Source: Octopus sinensis
Lineage: Eukaryota
Length of the DNA stretch: 64,000 nucleotides
Reading direction: 5' to 3'
NCBI RefSeq assembly: GCF_006345805.1
Contig: NC_043002.1
Coordinates: forward strand, 42,966,001 to 43,030,000
In this document: piece by piece, positions 40,422-54,106 of the stretch
Layout of the letters: the number at the start of each line of letters is the position of its first letter
Numbering within the stretch: the first letter of the stretch is position 1
Position numbers and translations under genes: made by a program
Notes under the pieces: model-generated
What the model was told of the DNA's origin: nothing
What the model saw: the letters and a program-made list of their open reading frames with translations, nothing else
The model's database searches: none

Positions 40422-43140
40422 GGTCGTCCTGACAGTGCACAAGAACAGTAAACAAGCATCCTTGGCATGCTAGCTACTTCGTTAGTTTTCAATCTTTCAC
40501 GAAAACGTGTCTATCCATGGGGAAATATTACCTTACTTGGAAACAAGAATAACATATGACTGTAGAAAATCCGCCTGAAAAAATTCCGTCTAAAAAAGGA
40601 AGATGGAAAAGAGGACGTTAAGATAATATATATGATGAGGAAGGAACAGTAGGCGAACAAGCAAGCAAACGTATGCATGTTTTCCTTCAATGTTAGCCGT
40701 GGGTTTGTTTAGAAAAAAAAACTTGATCGCTCACGACTATATTACCACCAGTGAAAAGGAGAGTACTGCAGAATATAATACGCGTAATATGATATTCACC
40801 TCCTGAGTTGAGTCTTGGCCTAACTTGTTTTCCCTGAGATTTTTCCGAGCCACGGATTCTCTTGGCCACTTTGGAAAAGGTTTCAACATCTTAACGTCCC
40901 ATTAAATGTTGTCTCCAAGGGAATTTGCTTCAGAGACAAAGTTCAGTCCAGGAAATACTTGCGGGACTGTCTCTGAACTCGAAGAGTTTGTCCAGGAGCA
41001 GGTAAGAAATAAGTTGAACTACCTTTTTTTTTCTCGAAGGGAATGTTTCTTCTATGCCTTCGAAAACCCTTAAGGGAGAGGTTAGCTGATAACTGGACCA
41101 GCACATCACCTATCGACTGAACAAAGCTAACGATACTGTCTGTCTAATTCACCTGGCTATTGCAGAGTTGAGTCTTTTCATGGGCGCAGAAATAACAGCA
41201 AGAAGACTGTTAGTGCAAGATAAAAACCAAATGATTGTATCTGTAGCAGCGAAAGCCGAGGAATTAAAACAACAAAAAAAAGTAGTGGCGAAAGACTGTG
41301 GAACCAGCAACAACAGTAGATCCAGAGGCTGAAAATTTAAAAGCATCATCAGCCAAAGTTTCGGAAATGGCAGAAGTGATCGCACCGTTCTGGGTATCAG
41401 AAAATGAATGACGCCGAAGTTCTCATTTCAAGCAATACTCTCCCCATCAGCTTCTGAGGATAAGGTCGAAATGGGAGCTAATGTGAACTGGCAGACCGTT
41501 ACGAAATGGAAAAAGTGAAAAACAATCAGCTTTGTTAGAAGTTTCGACGGAAAGCATAAACTCTAAGGCTCAAACAATTCTACAGTTCTCAAGAAAAATT
41601 ACAATGGACCACTTGCATTGTTATTTAAACTAAAAGACAATCAGCCTACTAATATATGGCTAGAAAGGGAGTCGGTGAATTTAACAGATGCACCTGAAAT
41701 ATAAGATTTTTTTTTAAAACTACCCGAAATGTCTGTGAACTATTCAAACTTTGTGAGGTCTTTCCTGTCTGCAAAGTTCACCCCTCAAAAATGCTTACTA
41801 AAGCATTTGGGTGTTTCCGGTTTCAATGCGAGAAGTTAAATGCGGTAGAGACGTTTTAATTATTGGGTTTTATATAATTTTATACCTATGTTTCTTTGTT
41901 AAGTTTTAATACTTTCGTTGTATAACGCCCTTACTCACCTTTTCGTTTTCTATATATTTCATCCTACATATTTTTAAACCTCGGTTTTTTTTTCAATATG
42001 CCGTGTATGCTTGTAACAGATATTATTATTATTATTATTATTATTACTACTACTACTACTGGTGCATTTGATGAGATCGGGCGTCTCCGTTCCCCGTGTG
42101 TGTTTTGAGATTTACCGTGTCTTTCAAGAAAATAGATGCTTATTCTTTCATGTCGTGCAAACTTGTTTACAAGATAAGGTAAGAATATATTTGTTTTTCA
42201 TCCCGCTTGCAACAGCAAGACTTCTTTTCTCAAAGAAAATAAAATAATTCATGGCGACTTGTTCTACATAATTTTGTTTGTTTACAGAAATGTTTTTCCT
42301 GTTTTGGAAGGGCGTTCCCTCTTAGTTTTTGTTGTCATTATATCGAACACAACAATGGCGGGAAAACAAACAAGGAACGCCCTCTCATAAGGAAAAACAT
42401 TACTACAGATACTAAAAATAAGAGAACAAACCTGCTGTGCAATGGGATACATGTGACATAAGAATCGGGAAACAATGAATTTTCAAACAAAAGAAAAAAA
42501 AGGAAAAGATTTTAAAAATAACGATTTTAAATTTTTTAGTTTCGCAAAACTGCCTCCCCAGACATTTTCAATAAGGACAAATGTTTGTACCAAAGGTTGT
42601 GGCAATTTTGGGTCACAAGTGATTTACTTGTAAAACTTGACAGAAGCCGATAAAAAAAATTAATCTACTTTTGTATCAGGAAAAGGTGGGATTTCTCTAC
42701 CCTTGGGAAACACTGGCCGAATCTGGACCGATATTGTATCGATCGACTGGGGCAAGGCTTTCAGTACCGGCTGCTGGACTGAGAACGAAGTGTACCTTCA
42801 GGCAGAGATAAAGCGTAAAGCACCTGCTCGTATGCTTATCTTCCAGTGCTTGGGTCAGTACAACATAAAGCTGACCGTCAGCTAAAGTATTATTGACTTC
42901 TGGTCCGTTATCACATTTGCAATACGATATGGACGGGCGATAAGCGCAGAGGTGATGAAAAACTGCGTGTCATCAAGAGGGTGTCAGTATTTTCGTCCAC
43001 GTCTTTATACCCTCTAGATCATAGTCCACGGGAGGCAACAGCAAAGGACTGCTCCATTTGGTTCATAATTAAGAAAGTAACCAGTCATTCAATGTATGAG
43101 TAAATAGAGGGTTAGGGAATGAAAGCCGAGATCACCTAAA

Positions 43141-43897
43141 AAGTGGTTCTCAACTGGGGTTCACGAAACCGTTATGGGTGGGGTCCATATATGATTTTGA
43201 GCGGAGTTCTGGCATATAATCCCCTAATGACTTTTTTTTTTAATATTCAGAAAATTTTTGTGAATTTGTGTTCTACACACGGAATTGAAATGACTACGAA
43301 GAAGATTTTCTTTTTAATATTTGGAAAATTAAAAAAAAAAAACTTAAAAAACAATTTTGTTATTTTCAACTATCAAAATTTAAAATACGAACAGTCTGAA
43401 CTTTTTGGCTTAAATCCTAGTAACAGACCATTAATGTGCTTATGGGGAGAAAGATATTGAAAAACATCAATATGTCAGAGTAACGAACAAACGAGGACGG
43501 TATGAAATTATCGTGAGACGCGCAAAAGATAACAGCTAAATAGCCCTTAAATCACACAAAAATTGTTTTTTGCTTTGCTTTTTTGCATATCAGTATGTAT
43601 TCCTCAGGGTAGAACACAAATTCGCAAAAGTTTTCTGAAAATTCCAAAAGAATAAAGTTTTGAGGTGTTATATGCCATGCGTAAAGCAGAATTCCAATTT
43701 TGTTAAAATTGTGCAATAAACTGCACAATTATACTTCCACAATACACAACATATTTTAACACTTTTTTAAAAATACAATTCCAAATAAAATTCAATTATA
43801 AAATATAAATTTTTAAGCATCGAATGGCTATGGGGGACTAGCAGAACAATAGGAATGAAAGGGAGTCCAAAGGGAAAAAAACGGTTGAGCATCACTG
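43141..43897. mobile_element. Degraded hAT (Charlie-like) MITE
   Basis: agtggttctcaac ... gttgagcatcactg; subterminal ggggtccat as in the 21212 copy; TSD decayed. Confidence 0.55.
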
Positions 43898-44337
43898 ATC
43901 GAGATCAATTTTTGGTTCAAAGGACTTTGAACGCCTAAGATATCTAACTCCATGTATGACTTTTAAGAAGAAATGGTAAAGGATACTTTAAGTGATCCAC
44001 GAGAACAATGAGTGATGGATAAGGTAAGTCCTGAGGGACTCCGATCCAACTTAACAAATAGGATCTCACTCATGTATAGATAGGAAACCCTGAATGTTTA
44101 TTTTTTTACTTTATTATAATTTGTTTTATTTATTGTTTTATATAATTTTATATTGTATTTTACTTTTTTTTTATCAAACTTTTAATTTGTTCATTCTTTC
44201 TTTCTTCTCAAATCGATTTTTTGTTGACTGTTTTACTCAGTCCTACATATTTCTAATTCCTATGTTTTAAGGTTTATTGTATGTATGAATGTATGTGTTC
44301 TTGTGGCTCAAAGATTTTGTTGCCATCATCATAATTA

Positions 44338-44835
44338 AGGCAGCGAGCTGGCAGACTCGTTAGTACGCTGAGCAAAATGCTTAGTAGCATTTCGTCCCTC
44401 TTTGCGTTCTGAGTTCAAATTCCGTCTAGACCGACTTAGTTTTTCATCCCTTTCCGAGTCAATAAAATAAGTACCAGTTGAGTTCTAGTGTCGATGTAAT
44501 TGACTCGACCCCCGCCCTGAAGCTGCTGGCCTTGTGCCAAAATTTGAAATCATCATTATTGTTAAGGCAGCGAGCTGGCAGACTTGTTAGGGCGCCGGGC
44601 AAAATGCTTAGCATCATTTCGTCCGTTATTACATTCCGAGTTCAAATTCCGCCGAGGTCGACTTTATCTTTCATCCTTTTGAGGTTTATAAAATAAATAC
44701 TAGTTGAGGACTACGGTCGATATATAATCGATTTTCCCCTCCATTCATGATTGCTGGCCCAGTGCCAAACCTATAAAGAATTATTATTATCAAGACCGAG
44801 ATCGGGGAGATCTATTAGCGCATCGGACAAAATGC
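44338..44835 (+). mobile_element. SINE family B short form, tandem copies joined through ATT tails
   Basis: Heads at ~44338, ~44566 and ~44795. Many more copies, e.g. ~4725-5178(-), 19920-20115(-), 23160-23590, 24007-24220(-), 26065-26250(+), 31968-32180(+), 32600-32780(-), 37300-38058, 45682-45895(+), 55442-55840, 61640-61820(-). Confidence 0.85.
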
Positions 44836-45918
44836 TTAGAGACATTTCTTTCGGCTTTATGATCTCTCTCTCTCTCTCTCTCACACACCCCCACCCACAC
44901 GCATATATATATATATGCGCTGATGTGTGTGTGTGTGTGGTAAGAAGTTTGCATCCCAACCACATGGTACCAGGTTCAGTCGCACTGCGTGGTACCTTGG
45001 GCAAGTGTCTACTATAGCACGGGCCGATCAAAGCCTTGTGAGTAGATTTGGTAATCTGAAAGATACATGTCTCGTGTGTGTGTGTATTTGCACATGTGCG
45101 TGCAGTATGTCTTTGTTGTTGACTATATTGGAATATTTTGATTTGAGGTGTTCCCTTTCTCAAAATGTTGGGAGGAAGGGCGAGGTAAGAAAGAAGGAAG
45201 GTGGCTTGGGAGAGGAAAATGTTAAAGAGAAATGAGGATAAAAGTGACAACCCGATTGATTAAGAAGAAAGAAAAAAAAATTCTTTTCTATCTTATGAAA
45301 AATTATCAATACAGTTGTGATTTTAGTGGGTAGCATATAACTTGGTCAACTTGATATCACAAAGGAGCTGTTGGCTCAGTTCTCACAAAAAACAATGTTT
45401 CATTTATATTCAGTAACACAGAAATGAAATACCAACACCTATAAAGTTGGTATTTGAAAAATAAAGAGTAGGTTACATTTCCCAGCGACTCTGTCTGTGG
45501 TAATTCAACTAAAAAAAAGGAAACTAAATAGGCAACAGAGAACAAAAACGGGTGTGCACTGAGAAAAGAAAAGAAAGAAAAACAGAAATATTTATAACAC
45601 CATATAATTGAACAGAGAAATAATTGCTGACATATTTTCTCAACACTGGTGTAAATAAATAAATAAACAAATAAATAAGAACAGCGAGCGGACAGAATCG
45701 TCATCGTGCCGGACAAAATGCTTAGCAGTTTTAATTCGGCGTTACGTGCAAACTTCAAATGCCGCTGATGTCAACTTCGCCTTCCATTTTATCCTTTCGA
45801 GATCGACAAGATAAGTACCAGTTAGTTGATCACTTAAGTTGATGTAATCGCCCCCCACCTCAAAATTGCTGGCATCGTGCCAAAAATTAGAAAGAAAAGA
45901 TAATGGTTTCAAATAAAT

Positions 45919-46295
45919 AGGTGCAAGTGTGGCTGTGTCGTAAGAAGCTTACTTCTTAACCACATGGTCCCGAGTTCAGTCCCACTGCATGGCACCTTAG
46001 CCAAGTGTCTTCTACTATATAGCCTCGGGCAGACCAAAGCCTTGTGAGTGGATTTGGTAGACGGAAACTGAAAGAAGCCCGTTGTGTGTGTGCCCCACCA
46101 TCGCTCAAGAACCGATGGTGGTATGTTTACGTCCTCGTAACGCAGCGGTTCGGTAAAAGAGACCAATAGAATAAATACCAGTACTTAAAAAAAAAGAAAA
46201 AATAGCACTGAGGTCGATTCATTCGACTAAAATTCTTCAAGGAGATGCCCCAGTATGGCCAGTCTAATGACTGAAACAAGTAAAAGAAGATAAAA
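45919..46295 (+). mobile_element. SINE family A
   Basis: Head, gtgagtggatttggtagacggaaactgaaagaagccc body, and gactgaaacaagtaaaaga tail. Confidence 0.85.
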
Positions 46296-46410
46296 TGAAT
46301 AAGATACATTTTGAAAATCGCATTCTAACCACCTCTTTGTAAAATAATATCTAACTCAACTGTCTAGTATCTAACGGTTATAATTACCTGCATTCTTGGG
46401 CAGATAAACT

Positions 46411-46806
46411 CTGGGTTCTCATTTCTAAGGTGTTTTTCGATGTTGCTGTTGTTGTTATTATTATTATTATTATTATTCATGTCACTGCCTGGAATCGAAC
46501 TCGGAATCTTGGGGTTAGTAGTCCGTACTCTCAACCACTACACCATATGCCCACGAGCATATGGTGTAGTGGTTAAGAGCGCGAGCTACTAACCCCAAGA
46601 TTCCGAATTCGAGCAGTGACCTGAATAATAATAACATAAAAACACCTTAGGAATGAGAACCCAGGTTCGAAATTTCCTCTAAACACCTGATGAAGGCTGG
46701 AGGGCATATCAGCTGAAACGTTATGTTAACAACAAACAAGATGAGGACAAATATCCGTCAATTGTAAATAATGTACATAATTCCTCATCTCTTAAATATA
46801 GAACTG
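46411..46806 (+). mobile_element. Non-autonomous element: tRNA-like head, (AAT)n linker, hammerhead, with inverted partial duplicate
   Basis: Inverted arms 46411-46552 and 46555-46664. A box TGGTGTAGTGG (46562-72). B box GTTCGATTC intact in the left arm (minus strand) and partly deleted in the right. Hammerhead and a 3' stem (46739-47 with 46782-90) follow the right arm. Confidence 0.65.
46682..46727 (+). ncRNA. Minimal type I hammerhead ribozyme motif
   Basis: AACAC (stem I 5') - CTGATGA (46687-93) - A - GGCTG/10-nt loop/CAGCT (stem II) - GAAAC (46715-19) - GTT (cleavage triplet, palindromic ACGT stem III) - ATGTT (stem I 3', one mismatch). Confidence 0.6.
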
Positions 46807-49268
46807 GGTCCTATTCTTATTTTAAATGATAAAATAACGTGTGATTTGAGAGAGATTTGGCTAATATTTCTAGCAGGTAGAGCGACCACTTAGAGGCTGC
46901 CGTGTTGGCACGTTGCAAATATGTTTGTGTTTGGCGGTGAGGAGAGTTGATTGAAATATAAATTGACCAGTGATCCAACCTGATTATATTTGTGGTTCTA
47001 GGATTTGAGAAGTCCTGCAAGTGATTCCCGTTTCTAGCACTGTTGAAAATGCTTGTTTAGCTTCAGATCAGCCGTGATAAATAGACCAAGCCTTTGCAGA
47101 TGTTACCATGCACTCAGTCTTTTGTTTCTTCAATGTACCTAGAAATACATTGTCCTTCCTTTTTTTTTTTTTAATTAAGATGGTAGGACGTGAATTTGAG
47201 GAGTTTTGTGTGATATTTCTAGCAGTTTAACAACCAGATAAAAGTTTAAGGAACGCTGCAGTACTGGAGACAGAGTTAACTTTCTTTTAACTATAATGGA
47301 TATTAGAAGAGTTATTAGTATGTATTTTTTCTGAATAATCGTCCAGAAAATCAACATGGTGCATATCATTAAGTAGCTTACTACAGCTCTAGATAGGTTT
47401 TTTTTCCCTTTAATCTTTCTTCACAGAGACGAGAAAAAGAGCAAAGTAAAAATTACAATGAAAAAGAAAATATATATTTGTGTTTGATGAGACCGGCTAC
47501 TGAATCAAAGTAGTTAAGAGCCAGTGGCTTTCGTGACAAGCCCGAAACAATACTGTCTCTACAATAGTGAAGTAATTCTCAAATCATGCGCCGTGACCCG
47601 TCACGGGTTATGAACAGCTTAAAATGAGATCGTAGTAGAGAATGAACTTTTAATTCAACTTGGCAATCTGTTTCTTTTCAGGTATGAAGAGCGGGAGGAA
47701 GATATAAAATATAGTGTTTGTACGAACAAGACATTGGTTGTATCATAAACAAAACAGCGATAATAATGTAGTCTTCTTTAACTAACTATCCGTTATAAAA
47801 TGAACCACTATTTCAAATGATGTGCCTACATGTGGATACGCACGTACGATCATAGATGTCAAAAAATAAAAAAAATAAATAAATAAACAGATCGGACTTA
47901 ATATCAGCAGAACCTATGAAATAGATTAAACATTCTAAAGCAATTATAACGAATAGGATATATTCCTGCGAAGTAGATCAACTGACATCCTATGACACTA
48001 ATAATGGTTGCAGGTGATCCATTGTCGGTGAACAATGGTGACATCAGTGCGATTTTCCTTGCTGCAGTATACATTGGTTTCTTGGACAAAAACTAGAATT
48101 TAAGAAGGAAATAGAAAATAATAATTAAAGTGATGTTCATTGATTTTCTAGAGAGGCATTAGGTGATGTAAGTGAAGTGAAATAAAATGGCCTACAACCG
48201 AGGATAACCAGACTCGGTAAATAAATGGTGTACCTCCAGCCCAAGCGACATCACTTTTCCTTCCTTTCCACTCACAGATGAAGATTAATGTCCATCAAAT
48301 CTATCCATCTTCTTCGCCTGCTTATTCTTGGATGGGTCGCTGAGGTAGAGTCCTCAAGAATGCAAGACATTCACCATATTGCTAATCCTGTCCGCCTGTT
48401 TCTATGTCTCACTTTGCATGCAATGCTGCAGAAATGACAATAGATGCGTACAGACGAAGTTTTGCATTTAGAAAAGAAAATAATAATGATAGGTTGAACA
48501 CCCAGCCTGGGTTCGATTCTTGATTGGCGTAGTTAGAGGTAACTGCGCCGATCGAGAATGGAACTGCCGATTTGAAATCCCGATGAAAGGCATTAAGAAG
48601 TTTAATTCCGTCTCCTCTATCAATATCAAACCAAGTACCAATGAATAAAATCATTAAGGTTGTGAAGTAAGTAGAAATCGGAGAATGCTTAAACTGAATA
48701 CCCCATAATTTAGTTAACCCTTGTAGATGATAAAGTCAAACACTGAGATCAATTTAGGCTTCCGTTCCCAATGTGTTTTCCATCAAACAAATACCAGTAA
48801 TATACCTGTATATTCACTATATATTACTTCAATAGAATATAGTTCACATACACACATTGAAACCTAAATTAATTTTACTATTCACCATCTGATCCATTAG
48901 CTTTACCAGTGTTGAAATTTGAATCAATAAATTAGATGACAATGAATATGAGAATACTACCTCCAGAATGTGTTTGAGACAGTTCAGTAAGAGAGAGGGA
49001 TGAAGAGTGAGGGAGAAGAGAAAGAGGGATGAAGAGTGAGGGAGAAGAGAGGGGGGGACAAACGATAATAAATGAGAATGAGATATTTCAAGAATTCTGT
49101 TTAAGTAAACAAATATTTCCTATTTAAAAAGCGGCAATCAACATTTATTTTTATAGACCTATAATCACAAAAAGTAAAAATTAAGTTATTGGGGTCTATG
49201 AACAACGATAGAGTTAGCGCCAAAAATTTCTATTCTAGTTGCCATGGATCAGAGACTATATACAACAG

Positions 49269-49309
<41 letters not shown>

Positions 49310-50625
49310 GTTTACACACGTAACAAAAGATAACTTAATGAGGACTTGAAGCGTAACCGCCATAGAAATTTCTTCACATAAAAGCTTGTCACTATCTGGA
49401 TTTGCTGGACGCTCACAAATACGGAACGGAATGCGAAAACTTCCCAAAGCTCCTTTTTACAGTTGAGTTTATTTTACAGGCGCGAGTCATAAGGGTCACA
49501 TTAGAAATTAAGCCTCGGCGGATTGAACATTTAGGTCAGAAATCTTTGACAGTTGTTGAACAGAAATAAATGAAGCCGAAAATTATTTGAAGTAAATATT
49601 CTACAATCAATGGTGTTCACACACCGCCTCTGGCTACCCTCCCACCTCTCTTAACTCCCGTCATAATACCCTCCATGCGATTTCACAATCTGCTAAAAAT
49701 GACAGCCAAATCTCCCTTAGATTACATCCTACAGTTTTGAAATAAGAATACTTTGGACAATATAGTCTACGACATATAAAAAGAAAAGGTCAAGGCTAGA
49801 ACGCCTTTGCTTATAAGTTTGCTCAGTCAGGGTTGACCTGAGGTTAAATAACTCAAATTTCGTTCAAAACATGGTTAAACCCTATTTCCCTAAAAGAACC
49901 AAATTTTCACTTGAACTTTCGCCCTATCCATGTTTCTCTACCAAAATACCAGCCTAGAAATATTGAGACAGATCCTTAAAAACATAAAACTCAACCAATT
50001 AAATGGAGTCAACGGGAACAGTCCCTTCTCCAGGGTTTTAGAAAATCTATGTCGCATTATCATAGTGAGCAGAACTTTCCGGGTAATTTGAGTACATATC
50101 AAATAGGTATCAAAACAACTGGAATCAGCTGTAACTTGAAACCAAGATCACGAGATTCAAAGAGATAAGTAGAAACTTGTGATACTCTTGTCTTTCCCGG
50201 AAGCAAACAAAACTTGATTGAGGACTCAACATGCTAATTTCCTTCTACTCGAATAAACTGGAAAAGTATGCATGTAAAAAACTGTATGTATGTTAGTACG
50301 TATGTATATATGTATGCCATTGTTACTACATGCATTTTACCACTGTTGGTTGTGATATAATGGAATAAGTGTTCACTGACTATCTGTTGAGGTAAAACAT
50401 CCAGTAAAGAGTTCCAAGCAACTACAACAGTGAAGCGTACTTAGGAACAAATGATATAAACTTGTGATTATCGTAATTTCTTCTACGTTTGCTCTACATA
50501 ATATAATTAGTAATACTTAACTACTATACTGGAAGCCAAATGGACGATGATAGTCAATGTGGAGCTCCAAACTTAACGGTAGCAGTCGTGCATCGATTTC
50601 TACACAGAAGATACACAATAAATGC

Positions 50626-50688
<63 letters not shown>

Positions 50689-50938
50689 AATGGCCGCAAT
50701 TGCGATGCGTTTCACTATGCCGCGCTTGGAATCTGTCCCCCGCCTCCAATGTTTTTGATAGATCTTTGCCAAACCAATATTATTGGGTGATCTTCGTCCT
50801 CTATCAGGGTTATATATGTATGCGAGAGTGAAAGAGAGATAAAAAGAGAGAGAGAGAGATAAAGAGAGAGAGAGAGGTAGACAGACAGACAAGGATCACA
50901 GAAAATATCAGAGTAGTAGAGTCGCTGGCTATTGATTA

Positions 50939-51124
50939 CAGTAATCCCTCGCCATATCGCGGTTCACCTATCGCGGTTTATTATTTAAGCTTACGTCGAT
51001 TCCTTCGTGGGTTGTTTTGCATTTATAACAAAATAAATATATACAATACAGAACTACTTAGCGGATTTTCATCAATCGTGGGGGTTTGGGGAACGTAACA
51101 CCCGCGATAGTCGAGGGATTACTG
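50939..51124. mobile_element. pogo/Tigger-type MITE
   Basis: TA-cagtaatccctcg ... cgagggattactg-TA; subterminal tatcgcgg repeats. Confidence 0.8.
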
Positions 51125-51925
51125 TACTTCCTTAACTGGATCCACTTCATTTGTGAAAGTCATGACTATCTTATAACCTCATTTCTCTGCTAAAATAATT
51201 TAACAAGTAAATAAAACGTATGTCTAAATAAGAAAACATAAGTTACGACGATCTGAGCTCGAAAAATTGAGCTTGAAATCTTGATTAAAGACATCACTAA
51301 TATATGAATGTCACAACCTCTAGCTTTCCTCACTTCTAAAAGAAATACTAGGAATCGTCGTACCATGCTTACAGGTGAATTGTTTGCAGAGGGCAAAGAG
51401 GACGAAAAGAAACGTATGCTTGCAAAGAAATCATTTTCTTTTTAATGTTATTTTGTTCACGCATACACTTAGGGTAACAACTTGACAAAATTCCTATTCA
51501 TTTCTCATATTTTCTCCCGTGTTTACCAGTACACGTTAAAGGCTTTTAGGTGTCACACAAGATTAAATAGACTTAAAGTCTTGATAACTTGTCACTTACT
51601 GACCAATCTCCAGACAGGCTCCATAAACAAAGAACGATGATGTGCATACTGTTAAGTATGGAATGCATTAGTCAGCAGGTCTATAAGATACACACGTACG
51701 CACACAAAAAGTCTTCTGTATATGTAAGCTATTTGCTTACACATGTGACTTTAAAATGGAAGACATGAAAAAGCAGATATTTCATTGCAAATCAAAGGGA
51801 AACAATAAGCAATTGTTAGTCTGAAGAAATTTTTTGCAATAAAATCAGCTTTAATAGTTTTTCTTTTATTTGTGGTTATTGTTAAAAACTTTTGCTGGCA
51901 GAATGTTTAGCACGTCGGACAAAAA

Positions 51926-52652
51926 GGCGGCGAGCTGGCAGAATTGTTAGCATGCCGGGCGAAATGTTTAGCGGTATTTCGTCTGCGTTACGTTGTGAGT
52001 TCAAATTCCGCCGAGGTCGACTTTGCCTTTCATCCTTTCGGGGTCGATAAATTAAGTACCAGTTACGCACTGGGGTCGATGTAATCGACTTAATACCTAT
52101 GTCTGTCCTTGTTTGTCCCCTCTGTGTTTAGCCCCTTGTGGGTAATAAAGAAATAGGTATTTCGTCTGCCATTACGTTCTGAGTTCAAATTCCGCCGAGG
52201 TCGACTTTGCCTTTCATCCTTTCGGGGTCGATAAATTAAGTACCAGTTACGAACTGGGGTCGATGTAATCGGCTTAATACCTATGTCTGTCCTTGTTTGT
52301 CACCTCTGTGTTTAGCCTCTTGTGGATAGTAAAGAAATAGGTATTTCGGCCGTCTTTGCGTTCTGAGTTCAAATTCCCCCTTTACTTTTTATCATTTCGA
52401 GGTCGATAAAAGAAGTACCAGTCGAGCACTAGAGTTGATATAATTGACTAGCCCCCTCCTCACCACCAAATTTCAGGCCTTGTTCCTTGAGTAGAAGAGA
52501 ATTATTAAAAGCTTCTTGAAGCCAGCGAGCTGGCAAAATTATTAACATATTGGAGAAAATTCATAGCGCCATTTCTTCTGGCTCTACATTCTAAGTTCAA
52601 ATTCTGTCGGGGTCGACTTTGCCTTTCATCCTTTCGGGGTCGACAAAATAAA
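51926..52652 (+). mobile_element. SINE family B head-to-tail array
   Basis: Head ggcggcgagctggcagaa, B box gagttcaaattcc, conserved gactttgcctttcatcctttcggggtcgataaa block; ggtatttc recurs at 51973, 52156 and 52340. Confidence 0.9.
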
Positions 52653-53076
52653 TGCTTTAAGCATGAACTTTTCAAAAGACGTTGAATGATATTTTTTTTT
52701 TATGAATTTCAAGACATTCATCACGTCCGCAAACGCAAAAACTTTCTAGTTAAATGGTGTTTTTAGCATAACCAATATAACGAGCATCGAAAGTCTAATT
52801 ACAAATAATTAGGCGGTGAGGAAAAGACAACATTAATTTAATTATTACTATCGTTTTGATAATTTCACCAAGTACGAGGAACAACTCCTGGAATGTATAG
52901 GTCTTATTATAACTCATCAGCTAAGCACAGACTTCACTGTTGTGCTGAAATAGACTTAGCCAATTAAGAGATCACTAAAATGTACAATACATGAGTTAGC
53001 TTGGGCATTTAAAATATTTAGATTCAATAAATTGATTGATAAATAAGATTATCTTTTCTAGACTGCATCCGATTAC

Positions 53077-53500
53077 GCGCAGACATGGTTGTATGGTTAA
53101 GCTCACTTTGTACCTACGCGCTTTGGATTTCAATCCCACTGCGAAGCACCCGAGGCAAATGTTTTCTACTATTGCTCCAGGCCTACCAATGCCTTTCGAA
53201 AAAATTTGGTAGGTGGAAGCCTACCGTGTGCACGCGCGCGCATTGTATGTGTGTACATGTGTTTGTGTGTGTGTGAGTGCGCGCGCGCACATCTTCGTGT
53301 TTGTCCTCAACATCGCTTGACAACCAGCATTGATATGTTTACATCTCTGCAAACTTAACGGTTCGAAAAAGAGACCGATAGAATACGTAACAGTCTTTAA
53401 AAAAATCCCTAAGTACTGGGGACGATTTGTTCCACTAAATCCTTTAAGGCGGTGCCCCAGCTCGGCCATAGTGCAATGACTGAAACAAGTGAAAGATAGA
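53077..53500 (+). mobile_element. SINE family A, diverged
   Basis: Degenerate head, internal (TG)n, catcgcttgacaacc...gactgaaacaagt tail. Confidence 0.75.
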
Positions 53501-54106
53501 AAAAACTGAAAGGATACAAAGCTAATCCAGTTGATTGGAAATGATTCGTTTAATTATAATACTACAATCACTAATTCACAACTCCCTCTGTTTTATTTTT
53601 CTATTGTTACTATAGAAGCTCTTACTTCTATAAACGACAAGGACAACGCTAACATTCCGGACACTGATCTCAACTATAATCTGCAAAATTTTACAAGCAG
53701 AAACTCCTACTTCATTTAATTAAGTAAATTTTATATTTGTTTAATTTAGAGTGTGTTGATCAAAGTGACCAACCCAGATTTGGAAAAATTAGTAATCTGG
53801 AAAGGCTTTGGATTCAAAGATTCTGGAAAATCGATGATGTACATGTACCAAGCTACAAAACAACCCAGTTCAAATATACTCGAAGCATTCACCTTCTCTG
53901 CGAGGTTTAAACCGGTTGGCAACAGTCTACCAGCCTAAAATACGAACGTTCCCTGCAATGGCCTGCCACACAGTTTTGCACATACCAATTTATGCTCCCT
54001 AGGATTCTGTCGAACCCATTTGGAATATTGTACCTGCTAGTAGAAGCGATTTGATAAACAATTTTAGGGTTGTCTCGCCCCCAAATCGCAAATTCTACCT
54101 CTGGAC

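Noticed and set aside
40800-41760. Coding-like composition with a donor-like cag|gtaaga near 41001
   Set aside because: Frames are short and interrupted with no identifiable motif; possibly a decayed retroelement, but this cannot be supported.
42140-42470. Decayed inverted repeat (ggcgttcc/ggaacgcc core)
   Set aside because: Probably an old MITE, but termini and TSD cannot be defined.
46480-46620. Functional tRNA gene (ACT anticodon-like loop)
   Set aside because: No pairing acceptor stem and embedded in a larger repeat; the same applies to the other SINE heads.
47998-48115. Possible minus-strand terminal exon (strong acceptor at 48093-94; FVQETNVYCSKENRTDVTIVHRQWITCNHY*)
   Set aside because: No recognisable homology and no compatible upstream exon found; it needs transcript data.
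51926-52505. CRISPR-like array
   Set aside because: Units are whole SINE bodies without unique spacers; eukaryotic context, no cas genes.
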